A DNA stretch of 64,000 bases. Source: Paraphysomonas bandaiensis (Eukaryota; Protista; Chrysophyceae). The notes under the pieces were generated by a model that searched no databases, was not told the origin of the DNA, and saw nothing but the letters and a program-made list of their open reading frames with translations. The stretch's first letter is position 1, and every line of letters starts with the position of its first letter. Positions 26,341-40,700 of this stretch are shown one piece after another. The translations under genes were made by a program, and so were the position numbers. The stretch is from assembly GCA_965644295.1 (NCBI GenBank), contig CBFFRP010000058.1:124001-188000 (forward strand), given 5' to 3'.

Positions 26341-26807
26341 GTAGTGAAGGTCTTATTATTAGCATTAGGCGTGTAAAAGTCAGAACTAATTTAGTGCTAA
26401 ACTCTGATATCCTACTGTATTTAACTGCACGAAACTGATTCTGCGTTATTGCAAGCACTAAGATTCAACCACTCTTGCTATATACCGCTCAGAGCAAACG
26501 CAGTGAGCAAGCAGAATGTTGATATTATACCTGCCATCTTCTGACCTCAGAATTTTTGAGTCCTAAGGGTGAACTCATCCCGGGTGATTGACATCAGTAG
26601 GCAGCCCAATACCTCAGTTCCCATCAGGTGGGCCCATTATTCCCACATACCTGTTTATTCGTCAGGGCCCTAAGACGGCTACACAAGAATTAGGTATGAT
26701 TGGCTCTGCAAAATATCTGCGGCTCACGTTAGTTTCCCGGAAAATTATCTCCGGTACTTGTCCCCCAACAACACCACAAGACGGTGCTAGTTTGACTTTG
26801 TGAGGGG
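26341..26807 (-). mobile_element. Family A short retroposon, near full length
   Basis: 5' end cccctcacaaagtc..gcaccgtcttgtggtg..aagtaccggaga..ccgggaaactaacgtgagcc; 3' end ..ccttcactac. Confidence 0.75.
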
Positions 26808-27342
26808 CTTTTGACTGTCGAAAAGTACTTAATTTCGTGTTCGTAGTTGACTATATACACTATATATATATTATACTGTAGCATAAACTGCAAATAAAAA
26901 GCAGATACATATAATATACCAGCTCATACTGAAATACTATGGAGCTATGATGACATAACTCAACATAATATCATATAATGTAGCTTATTATAATTATAAG
27001 TAAAGTGCATAGTAATTTTGCAACCACTTCAGCAATAATTCTTAATTTGTAAGTACGTGTTCAAAATATCTCAAGCTTATTGCGGCATCTGTCAAGGCCT
27101 TAGAACTCAAGAAGTAGAACTGCGGTACTATGAAGAAGTCAAAATAGCTGCTGGGGTAGTCTATAAAATTAGCTATGTTTCCCAGAACACTGATAAATTG
27201 CGTACACTTATGCCCCAATTACGAATTGCTGAAGTAGATGTAACTACTATGCACTGTATTTCGTTACTCACTATTCGAATAGTATACTACCTTGACTGTA
27301 TCGCAACATCTGATTAATTGGTATGATTACAGTTTCTACATG

Positions 27343-28266
27343 AAGCTTTTAATTAATCTTAATATGCCGTATAAATGCCTCTTGTTGGGCGGGTGTAGGG
27401 TCCATAGCAGAAAACATAATGAAGCAGGAATCAATTTCGTCGACATTTGATGCAGAGAGCATTTGTAATTGCCGTGGGTCAGCACGCAATACCTTTGCTA
27501 ATCCCTCCATTATGTCATGTACAGATTCCATATACGGCATTAGCTGAGCACGAATACACACCAGATTTACATAATATTGTCTCCAGAGAGAAATTCAATA
27601 CTCTCAAAATTACACCCAATCAATTCAAGCTCGTCCATGATGTAGTCACCAAGTGATTCACTTGTAGGGTAATATTCTTAATCTGGTGTTTAGTTGAGTC
27701 ATCCTCTTGTTGATCAAGGATATCAGGGGCTCGAGCGGAGGCATCGTACAGTGATATTGAAGAAGTGTCGACACTAACACTAGTGGATGCAATACGTCTA
27801 TATAGCGACAAACGAGGCACTGAAGAATAGGGCGTTGCATAAGCCATAGCCATTCGCATGGTTCTGTGTCCAATCGTTACTGGTGTATGTTCCATAAGCA
27901 ATCCCCCAAGATGCACACTGAGAGCGCTTTTATTAGGGTTTTGCATTGTCCTACTAAAGTCACTCGTTTGACGGTCAACAACTGCTCCAATGCCAAATTT
28001 GTTTTGATGGTGTGTCATTGCGTCCATTAATAGAGAAATTGAAGTATCGTCAGCAAAATTTCCGATGACGAACAAGCTATGCAAAGATTTACATCTGCCA
28101 GAAGGTATAGACGTTAGAAGATTCTCAAATACATTCGACAAACTTACCCTACAAGTGAATGTGCTAGCTCTTTAAACCCTTTCGACTCTATTCCACAATA
28201 ACTAAGATTAATATTTTCAATACAAGTAGGTTCATTGGTAATCAGCAAACATGCTAACGAAGCAGC
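27343..28266 (-). pseudogene. Partial DNA-level duplicate of 35144..35964 with a ~103-nt insertion
   Basis: Near-identical to the internal part of the LRR/MyTH4 gene, including its intron. An insertion at 27571..27673 breaks the frame; no start or 3' exons. Confidence 0.88.
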
Positions 28267-28507
28267 CGCCATATTGCTGGGGGGCAAACGAGGGTCCCTC
28301 CCTTATTTATTACGTAAATGAAAACACAAGTACTGCTAACTATCGTGTAAATCAGTTCTGCATCGAAGTGATCACTTGGCACAATGTTTATATCACAGTA
28401 ATACCACAACAATGAATAAATTAAAACACAACTACTGCTCACTATTGTCTATATCACTTACTACTCCAGTTACAAAGAATCATCTAACCTAATGTGAAGA
28501 CAGTGAT

Positions 28508-31500
28508 TTAATTATCCTCAATCGCTGCATCATCACCACTGTATTCATCCACGGAATTCGCCTTTTCATCGCATCCATCATTCATTCCACTGTTCATGGA
28601 AACCACAGAAAATCGTTCACTTGCATCTAATGTACCAACGCATGCAGCATGCTCTCGAAGAGTAGACACAGAGCAATAAAACGAAGTAGGGTCATACACT
28701 TCTCCTGTATCACTATCATTCGATAAGTTTCCTCCGCGCAACCAAGTGAACTTAGAGCGGTCCAATTCACTTCCTATAACTTCACTACTGAAATCGGATG
28801 CCCATTTCACGGGGAGTGGAAACGCTGCGCTCTTCAGAGGAGGCCGGTTCGGTCGGTATATAGATGTGTTTACACCAGGTGCAGATGGGATTACCTCTAG
28901 GGATTCCCCAAGTAGTGGGGGACACTCTAGAATCTCTTCACTGAACATAGTATCACTGCGAATTCCCACTCCTCGCACAGGAGGGCGTGGTATCTCCAAT
29001 GCAACTAGCGGGGGACGGCTAGATACTCCACATACGGCAGCACTGATCATGTTTGTACGCAAATGCTCGGAATTTTCCCTAAGATTCAATAGCCCTGTGC
29101 GCCTTCGTCTATTCTTTTTCGTCGGTATTTTACGAGTGGTATTTTCTATGCCTTCATCATCATCGTCGTCATCCTCTGCGAGTTTTTGCAGTGTTTGGCG
29201 TCCTTTCTCTACATGCGCCATAGTTTTCGCGGCGTGTAACTCTGCAGCCTGACGGGCAGCCTCCAGTTCCACCCTCTCTTCCTCTGCCCTCTCCTCAGCC
29301 AATATAGCACGCCTGCTCTTGGGGGGATCGAAATAGGAATCTGCTTTTTCCAGATGTAACGGTGCTGGAGGAGTAGGAAACATAGGGTAATTTTTCGTGA
29401 ATCGCTTCATGACTACTTTGGTATCAGATGCAGATATGAAAGACTCGCCGATATCTAATATATCATTCCCTCCCTCAGTGCCATGCGGAAAGAAGCCCCT
29501 AGAAAGTAACTCGAGAGTGAACGCCGACACAAGGCTCTCCAAATCGGCAGCAGATGTTGTAATCAATGGAATATCCATATCATTTACGACAACTCTTAGG
29601 AGCCTAGCTTCAGTAGAAACATCAGGATACTCTTTCGCAGAAGTGACAGTACATGACTGTATATCATACAGAGGGGCGTGAAATATCAATAACCACTCAT
29701 CATTCGTGAGTAAATATAAGCCATTTCCGGACACACATATGAGCACTTTGACCAGGCCTTCACCCTCTTTATCAAAAAGCCCTTCCGCGAAGTGACCACC
29801 CGCAAGAGGCCACGCCATTACATACGTTATATAAGCACTTTTCATCATGTACCGAAATCGCGGAGAAGAAAGAGACACATTTAACTGTTTCGCCATAAGT
29901 TGAAATTGTGACATGCATTTTAAGATGTCTTCTTGTAATTCAGGGGTGGACTGAATTCCCAAGGATGCGATGATTTCATACAAGAACGAAAGCTCGTGGT
30001 TGGAAATATTCGCTGGGTTCATTGGCTCCCCGGACCATAATATAGAGTCTTCTTCATCATTCTCTTTTCCGTCATCATTTTCGTCATCTAAAACCTCATT
30101 CCGTTTACCCCAGCCCAATATGGATGACCGTGCACCTTCTCCAGTTGACTCAGAAAAAAGTGACCCGCGTCTAGGACTTGTGTCAATGTCTGCACGAGTC
30201 CTGGATGATTTGTAGCTTGATCGCCGCAAAGAAGGACGGACGCTAGATTCTACGTTATTCATAACAGAACTATGACCTCCTCCCCATCGAATTCCTTCGT
30301 TTTCAGTCCATGATAATGTCAGTTGCAAAGCAATGAGGTACGCCAAAGCGTCATCAGTCATTGCATATAACTGCGAGTTGACGTACCGACTCTCCTCAGC
30401 GAAGAGAATGTCTATGCGTACGTGATCAACCGGTAAATCTCGATTCGCTTGCAACCAATTCGTCCACAGCCGGGTTGTCCCAACAATATCTCGTTCAGGA
30501 GCCATGTCGTGAAATAAATCAATGTGGTCAATCAGTTCCTCTGAGCATAAGAGCAAGCGCCGTCGTAACTGAAGTCGACGACACTGCTTCGAATTATTCT
30601 GCAACATATCCCAAAGAAAGTCATGCTGCCATTGTATGACGTAAGCTTCGTCCGGTTGCACTGGTATGGAATGAATGTCATTTTCCGTTGCATGTGATTC
30701 GGATTCATAAAACCAAAACCCTCGAAATATTTTCGATACCACATCAGCGCGCAATTTTGAGTCCGATATTTTGGTTGATAAACTCCTATCCAGATTGGTT
30801 TGGGAGGCTCTGGGTTCATTAAATTGACAGTCATCCGACACACTCTTCAAATCCATCACGGAATCGTAACCGCAACCAACAATTTTTTCAAACAAAGTAA
30901 GCAACACCGAAAATAGGGTGTTGATGTCACCAAAACAAATCGACATCTTATATACAGACCCGGTTAGCAGAGATATCTCCAATTGCATGGGTGTACGGCG
31001 TAATATATCCTCCATCAATGAGGCATCAGCCATTGATACTTCTGATCGGAATCCGTTTTCTGCTTGGATTTCACATTCATTCCAAGCAAGAGCCTTGCTA
31101 ACGTAGTGGACCACACGTGATACGGCAACCACAGAGCCTTCTAAATCAGTATCACGAATCGCTACCCGTGAGCGTCTGGGAGCATCGGGTGTTGACCCAC
31201 ATTCTGTCATAATGGCCTGGGATACAAAAGCTCTCAGATAAGGCATAAACCCTACCGAAGGAGGAAAACAATGAAGGTACACCGCCAACAATGACCAACC
31301 ACGAATGCGACTAGACTCTTTTGGGTTCCGAGTCAACTGTTTCAAAATTTGGATATACAGTTCGTCTCTAAGAATGGGAGAAGATATACCTAGACTAACC
31401 ATTTCGTTCGCCAATGCATACTCATCTGAGGTATTGCTCAAAACACGACTACCTACTAGCGACTGAATCAACCTATCGCCCATGACTACCTGTAAAGCAC

Positions 31501-34500
31501 GGAACATTTCTCGTGCTAATTCATCTTCACTCTTTTGCAGATTTAGCAGTGACTTCTGCAGATTGTCCGACGTGAACGACAAAATACTAACGGCGTCTAA
31601 ACCAGTAGTCTTTCGACGGCCCATAAATCCTTTCTTTATTGTGGTTTCAAACGGTCTCAAGTTTTCGAACTTTTCAAGTGCATATTGCGACGATGTAGTG
31701 CGCGCACTAAGCTCTCTGCCACCCACATCAAAAGTCGATTGTGTACGTCGAAGAGGTGACAAGCTACCCCCGGTAAGTGATTTATCTCTCCCAGTCGTAG
31801 TACGAGTACTGTTCTCCCTCATGGAAGCAGCAATTAGATTTCTAGCCAACTGCATTGGTTCTGTTTCAACGAAATATTGCATACTACCCTCAAGGGTTTG
31901 TTCAACGTAGCGCGCAGCATTTTTCATCAATTCACCATCAAATAAAAGAGATTGCGCTACCATCATACCACTGTGTTGTAGCAGTGTTGCCACCAATACC
32001 TGAATCTCACATAAGACCAGTAATGTGCAAAAATACATAGGGTCCATTGCAATGATAACGCGCACACACACCTTTTTCTCTTTGATACCGAGGCGCTTGA
32101 CATCAAACCTTTGTATTCCAGCCAGAGCTCGAGAGAAGGCACCTTCATCCAGTGAATACAAACACCCCCTTGCGCGCAATATAGAAAGTTCGCTCTCGGG
32201 CTTCTCAGAGAGCAATTGAGCTGTCTTGTACATTGGCAGGGATGGGTCAAGACGACACCGCTTCGCTACGTACCGTTGTTAGATAATCTTGAATAGAAGA
32301 TATATAGGAACCGAAACATTGTAAATGCAATCAGATACGGCGCATGCACCGCTAAAGTATTTCAAACAGAACCCAGATGATAGTCCTACCTGTCCGCAAT
32401 AATTCCTGCAGCTGTCCTCTGGGAATAATCATGCACGCATTTCTCAGCTCCACTTTCAACATCCGATGCTGCATACGCAAAAGAATCGCCTTGGCTTGTG
32501 CAATGAGGTCGCTGTCCAATACGACGTCGAGTTTGTTTGCCTTCTCCAATATTTCCGCACACATCTTCTCTGATTGCTCTGCAATAGCACCAGCAAGAAC
32601 TTCGTCCAAACTGTCTTTCTGCATAATTTTAACCTACATCCCCAAGTAATAGAGTTAACCACACTCAAACAGAACACTAAATAATGACCATACTAATCAC
32701 ACCTGTTTACGAGCCTCGAACAACAACTCTGGATCAATATGGGATAGGTCACGACCTTCTTGTAGTTCGAAGCAGTGAGAGTGCCCTCCAGTGTCATCAT
32801 TAATAATACGGACGGCACCTCCACCCACCCTCACGCAACCTTTCTTCTCACCCCCGGCCTTAGTATAGTATGATATTTGCAGGCCCTCCAAAACAAAGTA
32901 ACGTTGACGCCAATTTCGTAGAATGCCCTCTTTCCCTCGCGCAGCTTTCTCCAAGGTACCAACTTTGTATACTTCACGTGTTTCTCCGCTGGAATCAACG
33001 CCCATGCTACATGCGAGCTCAAGAGCTTCTACCCACTCTCTCATTGCATCTGCTGATGGCGCACTCATTACCAGCCGCCCTGTCCCACGACCAGACAACA
33101 CCTCTTCCAGTTTCTCTAAATTACGTTCGTCGATAAGCCGCAAGATTTCTTCCTCTTGACTCGCCAGGCCAGCTATTCGTTTGAGATGCTTCTCAATCAT
33201 CTGGATAGGACCATATAGAGCTGTGTGAATACCCATTACCAAACGTTTATCTCAGTAAGAATTTCCAATACCAGATACTTCGTGCAGATTCAATGCTTTG
33301 ATACTTCGCAGAAGCTGCATGGCATCAATCGCCTTCACTTCTTGACCTCTCTTCATATCATCCGTCATAGCAAACAACTTGCTCTTAACAACTTCCTCCT
33401 AGTAAAATTAATACATAGTCAGTGACTCCGCGTGATACCAACTCGATAAGATAATAACATCCACAATCCCTTACTTGGATTATTTTATTTCGAGTGTCGT
33501 ACAAAGCATGTGCAGTATCATGTATAAAGGGGTGGTCCCAACCCACTCGGTGTGCCTCCACAAGAACACTATCAAGTTGGGCTCTATTTCCTTCTCGTAA
33601 ACTATTCAGGAGATGCGTCAATAACTCAGAGGCACTCGAGCTAATACTATATATTCTATCGATCACCATGCTTACGTGCTCATCGTAATAGTTCAAATAT
33701 GCTGCTTCTGCAAAAGCATCTTCTAATTCTTCAAGTACACCACTATCTAAAGCGTCTATCAATCGATTCTTGACTGCATTACAGTCTTCTAGTAGCTTTT
33801 GCGCAACCTGTCTCTGTGATTTAGGAAGTAGTCGCGTAGATTCGGGTGATGCAATTGCGCTTGATAAGGCGGACAGATCGCGGGATATCATGGTGTTAGA
33901 TATATATGACCGTTGCTTGATCCCTATATACATCAAAACTTACATTTTACAACAACTAAGTGCATATAACAAGCAAACATCGTCGGATTCTTTCCGCATC
34001 ACATTCAGAACGAATGTCAAACACACATGAACTTAGAAGTCGTCAAATAACTACATGAAAATACCTACCTTCAAGTTCATGTGTGTAGTCAGGGTCCTCT
34101 TGCAAAGCCCATCGAACCAAATACTCTCTTAACTCAACCGCCATCAGAGTCTCCGGTCCAGAGTAACCCAACCTTCCACAGTCCATGAGAAAGGCTTCAA
34201 CTATATTCACATCTCCTGGAGCAGTTGCCATAGCCTCCAAGTTTTCGGCATCCTTCACCAGGCCCATTATTTCGGATAACAGCTGGTCAGCTAACTGCAG
34301 TGCCAGTCCCCCAGGTATTTGGTTCTGCTTAACATGGTCAACGAATGACTCCACGTCCTCCATGTCCCGATTCAGCATTGCATCGCATATATGTCTACGC
34401 ACGCCGACATTGTGGAATATACCATCATCATCAATCGCATCTTCCAGTACCTCATTCATGTCATCACCAGTACCTACAAAAGCCTGTTGCCAGAACTGAC

Positions 34501-36873
34501 CAGACTGAATCGGAATTCTACTATCGTGTTGAAGTTGTCGAATCGCCAATATCAGTTTGCTATCGATATTTTCAGTTGTTTCGTCAATAGAACCCTGGGT
34601 ATAAACAATGCTCTCAGCTTCCTCTGCAGTGTCATTCCGGGATAGCTCCAACCTCTCATTCCATTCATCATCAATATCCTCATCATCTTCATCGTACCAC
34701 ATATCCTCGGCTTCTTCTGGGACCACTGCAGCAGAATCTTCTTCTCCAACTGCATTCGACCTAGAACGCTCCACAGGACTTCTATCATTATCTCGTTTGC
34801 TGTCTTCTTCATCATCCAAATTATTGTCATCAACATTATCCAAAACAGCAGCCATTGGAAACAACGGAGGAATGTATTCGCCCAATATGCCATCCCCGCC
34901 AGACCCCCCTCCTTTAATGTGGCAACTAAACGACGCAAGCCCTCCAGTTTTTACAAGAGCATCCCCCCGTTGGATATACACAGTCCGCAATCCCAGTTTT
35001 CTAAGCATTGGACTAGACACGCGAGACAACTCTTGAAGCATTTGAACAATACGTTCTCCAGAAGGTAATTGCTGAAAGGTAGATGAGGACCGTTCTACTG
35101 TACGATTTTTCGAACTAGTAAACGCCGGCCTAGCTTGAAACGAAAGCTTTTGATTAATCTGAATATGCCGTATAAAAGCCTCTTGTTGGGCGGGTGTAGG
35201 GTCCATAGCAGAAAACATAATGAAGCAGGAATCAATTTCGTCGACATCTGATGCAGAGAGCATTTGTAATTGCCGTGGGTCAGCACGCAATACCTTTGCT
35301 AATCCCTCCATTATGTCATGTACAGATTCCATATACGGCATTAGCTGAGCACGAATACACACCAGATTTACATTTTTAACCTGGTGTTTAGTTGAGTCAT
35401 CCTCTTGTTGATCAGGGATTTCAGGGGCTCGAGCGGAGGCATCATACAGTGATATTGAAGAAGTGTCGACACTAACACTAGTGGATGCAATACGTCTATA
35501 TAGCGACAAACGAGGCACTGAAGAATAGGGCGTTGCATAAGCCATAGCCATTCGCATGGTTCTGTGTCCAATCGTTACTGGTGTATGTTCCATAAGCAAT
35601 CCCCCAAGATGCACACTGAGAGCGCTTTTATTAGGGTTTTGCATTGTCCTACTAAAGTCACTCGTTTGACGGTCAACAACTGCTCCAATGCCAAATTTGT
35701 TTTGATGGTGTGTCATTGCGTCCATTAATAGAGAAATTGAAGTATCGTCAGCAAAATTTCCGATGACGAACAAGCTATGCAAAGATTTACATCTGCCAGA
35801 AGGTATAGACGTTAGAAGATTCTCAAATACATTCGACAAACTTACCCTACAAGTGAATGTGCTAGCTCTTTAAACCCTTTCGACTCTATTCCACAATAAC
35901 TAAGATTAATATTTTCAATACAAGTAGGTTCATTGGTAATCAGCAAACATGCTAACGAAGCAGCTGCATTGCCGATAGTGTTATACGACAGGTTCAATGA
36001 CGCCAGCTTCGTTCCAGGAGCACCGATATGAAAAGCTAACGAACGAGCTGATTCAGAAGTCAAGCGGTTACGTGATAAGTCTAGGTGGGTTAAGTTTGAT
36101 AAACTTGCAAGTGATTTAGCCAGGGCTGTGATGCCGGTGTCCCCAATATAATTGCTGGACAAATCCAACAGTACCATCTGAGAGCAGTTTGGTAGCATTG
36201 CACTGAGCTCCACAACCCCACCACACGTAATATAGTTACTAGTCAGCGATAGCGACTGCAATTGAGGCGTAAAAGTAAGTAAGGATGAGAGCAATGGTAC
36301 ATGATGGTCGGTAATTTGAGCATTCTCAAAGTGCACTGCACGTAATACAGTCCCATTGCTTTCATTAAGTTTACACACCATGACGAGAGATCCCAGACTT
36401 GGAATTGTCATCTTTATATTCTCTAATACGATAGACGACTGATCAGCTAATGCAGCGTGGAAAATCGATTTTGAAGGAACAGCTCCACACTCAATGCATG
36501 AGTACAAATAATGCTGTATATGTAGTGCTTTAAGAATTTCATCCATCCATATTTGACGAATATCATCTTCATCACAACCAAGACGTAATCTGTATGATTT
36601 GTCTTGAGATATAAGCTCTACAATAAATGGATATAGAGGTTTATCAATCATAATATTATGTGTAATAGGTACTTCTGAACCAACATAACATACTCGTATA
36701 TTACCACCAAATATCCATCCACCATCATTAGCAGATAATAATAATTTTGTAATGTTTTTTTCTAATGGTTCTTCACGAAACCATCTTAAACCACAATATG
36801 GAAATAATATAAAATAATAAGATTGAAATCTTTGTTTAGATAATTCATTTTCAATATATAAATATCCTTGCAT
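28508..36873 (-). CDS. Large multidomain protein: PH - LRR - helical region - (permuted) PH - MyTH4 - FERM-like; no myosin motor; spliced
   Basis: N-terminal PH (QGYLYI..WMDEILKA), RNI-like LRRs (LDLSSNYIGDTG, LDLSRNRLT, LNLSYNTIG), PH (NWRQRYFVL), MyTH4 (LRDELYIQILKQLTRNP..RGWSLLAVYLHCFPPS) and FERM-C-like (WPLAGGHF..ICVSGNGLYLL). The ORFs are joined by GT-AG introns. Confidence 0.8.
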
Positions 36874-37733
36874 ACTATTAATATATGAACATTATCTAGA
36901 AATTATGTATGTCTCTATACTTGAATTATTGATAGATATGATGATTGTTTATATATATTACTGTTAAGGTCTAGTCACAGTATGGATATATAGGTACATG
37001 CATACAGTACATACTCCTCTATATGGCACATACACATATATACATGTACGAGTATGAGATACTGCTGTAATATACAGTAGACTGCTGTTGTTGTACCAAG
37101 TACATAGTATAGATATTGCCACATTATGGCTTTTCTAATAGCTAAATATACCTCTTTTTATAGATTCTGTCACGGAATTCCTAAAAAAACCCATATATTT
37201 CAAACCCAAAAATTACAAAAATATCGCTTTTTTATTCTCTTGATAATCAATTGAAAATACATACCAAAAAAACACAACTAACCGTTAAAGTACTATACGG
37301 ATACATTAATACATACATATACAACAGTATACCGTATATATGTCATAGATTCGCTAAAAAATCTACAGTCCTGTATATGAAGGATCTCATATCTGACTCC
37401 TGTATATGTACGACTTGTATACAGAGAGTGCAGGAGGCAGCATAGAGTCTTTCGTGTATGTATCGTATGTATGGTATATAGGATACACTGTAGTAGATAT
37501 GTATGTATATATATATGGAGACGGTTGTAATATGCGGCATATTTCATTAAAACATAAAGTTTGTTTAATCATATACATAACTATATATACGAACTATTTT
37601 TCATATGTTTTATACATTCTAATCTCATAACTACATCATTTATTCATAACATGCAAAAGATTGAGTAAGATTACCATTCTTTTATTAGATTTCCCATATA
37701 ATTATTACTCTATTATAAATATCCCTATTTAAT

Positions 37734-40700
37734 ATGTCATTACCACCTCCTCCAGATTCACCACCCCCTCCTGATGATGATTTTGGTAAGATTTATCTTT
37801 ATAATCTGATATTTGTATGATATAATTTAGATGGAGGTTTGGGGTCTCCACCAGGCACTCCGCCTGATATGGATCTACCTCCTGATTTAGACGATGATTT
37901 TGATGGACCACCAGGTGATTTACCACCTGATATGGATATGGATATGGATGGTCCACCTGATGATGATTTTCCACCTCCTGGTGATGAGGATGACTTTCCT
38001 CCTCCTCCAGATGACGATGATGATGATGGTCCTCCAATGGATGAGGAGGGACCACCCATGGATGATGATATGGATTTCCCTCCGGACGATGATGTACCCC
38101 CACCCGAAGATGGTCCTGATGATGAATTTGGACCTTCAGATTTACCGGATGATATGTCAGCCCCTCCATTGCCTCCTGACGACGACGATAGTATGGCAGG
38201 GCCACCTGATGATGCAAGTCTACCGCCTCCTGGTTCAGGTCCACCATCTATAGGATCTCGCCCTCCATCCAGTTTTGGTGGCAGTATTCCTGGTGACCCT
38301 CCTTCTGTTGGACCGCCTGGTGATGACGATATGCCTCCACCACCACCACCTGGTAATTCGACACTTAGTCACGCATGTTTACGATACACGCACATGTTCT
38401 TGCTCTGTAGCTTATAGTGGGTTTGTTGTAGACTCTCCGTCTGTTACATCTACGTTACCACCCCCCGTTGACGCTCCACCAGAGGATGACTCTCTCTCTG
38501 AATTACCGACCTTGCCCACTCCCGGAGGCCGTCCAAAAACTATCCCGCCCCGGAAAACCTCTGCCCGAAACTCGACAAATAACAGGCCTTCACGCACTGG
38601 CTTGGACAGCAATACCGATATTTTGTCAGAAGGATTGAACTTAAAGCCTAAAGATATGGCATCGAGGTCAGCACGTCTAGGTCAGTCTGACCTCGGTATA
38701 GGTCACTTGCGCCGGCCAAGCAATGAAGGTTCCCGTGAGGAGAAAAGTGATGAGCAGTCAACCTCGCAGAGTACACTGGATTCTCATGCCCAAGAAGGGC
38801 GACCACTTCTACAACGCAAAAACAAAGGCAAGACACCGAAGAAATTCAAGAACGTTTTACTTGATGGCGAATCGGATGAAGAGAATGAGAGCACTGCATT
38901 GAAGTTAGAGCCTATCGATTATACAACTGAGAGGCGTGCCCCAGGCCGTCAGAGCATAATTATTGATGGTCAAGAGTTTATGGTCTTGCAGGGCAAGTTT
39001 GAGGACGACGACTTTGAAGAGTTGATGGTGAAGATTGATAAAAATATTATGTATATCAAAACCGCCGCTGATCCGCTTGCATTGATTCCTTTTGATCTAC
39101 TGAGCGACGCGAAAGTTCGATCGAGTAAATCTGATGACAGGAAATTTACTCTCACTCAGATGGGGAGCACAATTACCTTTCAGGTAATCACCACTTGCAT
39201 ATTTTGTATATATGCGTAATATTATTTAACTCTATGGGTGCAGGCGGACACTGTAGATGTTGTGAAGGAGCTGCTTGCAAAGGTGCCGTCCGTGGCCATG
39301 GACTATTCTGATACAGATAGTCCTAAATCACGAGAGAAGCAGAGTGATGTATTACATGACAATACGAGTGGTGCTGTTGAGGACAAGGAGGTGTCATCTG
39401 CATTACAGCCGCCAGAGAAAGATCCACCCGTCAAAACCCAGACTCCGTTCAAGTCCTTTCCTGGGATGAACACGTTTGACTTTCGAGGAGACTATCCGTA
39501 TGATGATTTCTATGACTATGACGAGGCTATGCGCGCAGATGAGCTGGGAGGGGAAACCTCTGATGCGGCGGATCAGAAGCATTCAAAACCGAAGCAAACA
39601 AAGAAACCTCGGATTACCCGTGTTGTAGGCAAGAGTACGCTTAGAGAATCAAAGGTACCAATGGGTGATGTTCCGGAGTACCGTGTGCAGAAGGTGAAAG
39701 GGTATGACCGGAGGGAACTAATTGATACACATCTGCAGAAGCCCAAGCTATCTGTTCGTCGAGTTAAACAATTGTGTAAATGGGTCGTCAGTTTGCGGGT
39801 TTGGCCGCGACCAGTAGATGCGATGTCTCTCCATAAGGAATTTTGTAATGGCTTGTTGTTGGCGCGCATAATGACTGCCGTAGTACCAGGATGTAAATTT
39901 CTGCATCTCAACGAACGTGCATTGACCAAAAAAGCAGCTTTGGATAATCTCGAGCAAGCCCTTGGCGTCGTGTGGCGAAGTAAATGTGTTAATAATTTTC
40001 GAATTCCCACATCGTTAGATATATACAATGGAAATACTTCTAAAATTGCGATTTTAGTCCAAGAGGTGTTTGAAGTTTATGTCTTGAAGCCACTTTATGC
40101 AGTTGCCCCTAAGATGTTTAAGTGGTACAATGCAATACTGAAGCAATACTCTATTCCTCTTCCAGATGCTATATTTACGGATGGTGATTTAATTGATTTG
40201 TGGACACACGTGCATAATGGCTTCGCATTGTTTTGCGTTATATATCATCTCTACGGTGCAGTTGCGATTGGTGAAGGACTGGATATGGTGCGAATCGATG
40301 CTTTACGTGTCACGAAAGACACCAAAAATATTATGGACTTTCGTGCTAACATACAGTATGTCTTTTCTCTTTTACGAGCCTTGCACGTTGAAGTGCTTTG
40401 GGATGTAGACGACTGGATAACGTATCCTGATACGGAGTTTATAGTGCTTCAAATGTTTCTTGTATATGAAGCACTCAAGGGTCGACAATGCAGTCTTCCT
40501 CCTGCGCAGGGAACAAGTGCTGGAGTTACTTCTGGACCAAATGGGGAGCCCATGGTAACAGGAATGGTGTACGCTGATACTGTAAACACGAAAGCGTTCA
40601 AGAGGCAGAGAAGAACTGTGCTGCTTGGGTCAGGAGAGGACTCATTGCCGGTGTTACCGATCGACACATCTGGTTAGTCTTTGTGCTTTTTTGTTGTATA

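Noticed and set aside
37729-38253. Overlapping His-rich, Gly/Ser-rich and Met-rich ORFs
   Set aside because: Alternative-frame shadows of the Pro/Asp low-complexity exon.
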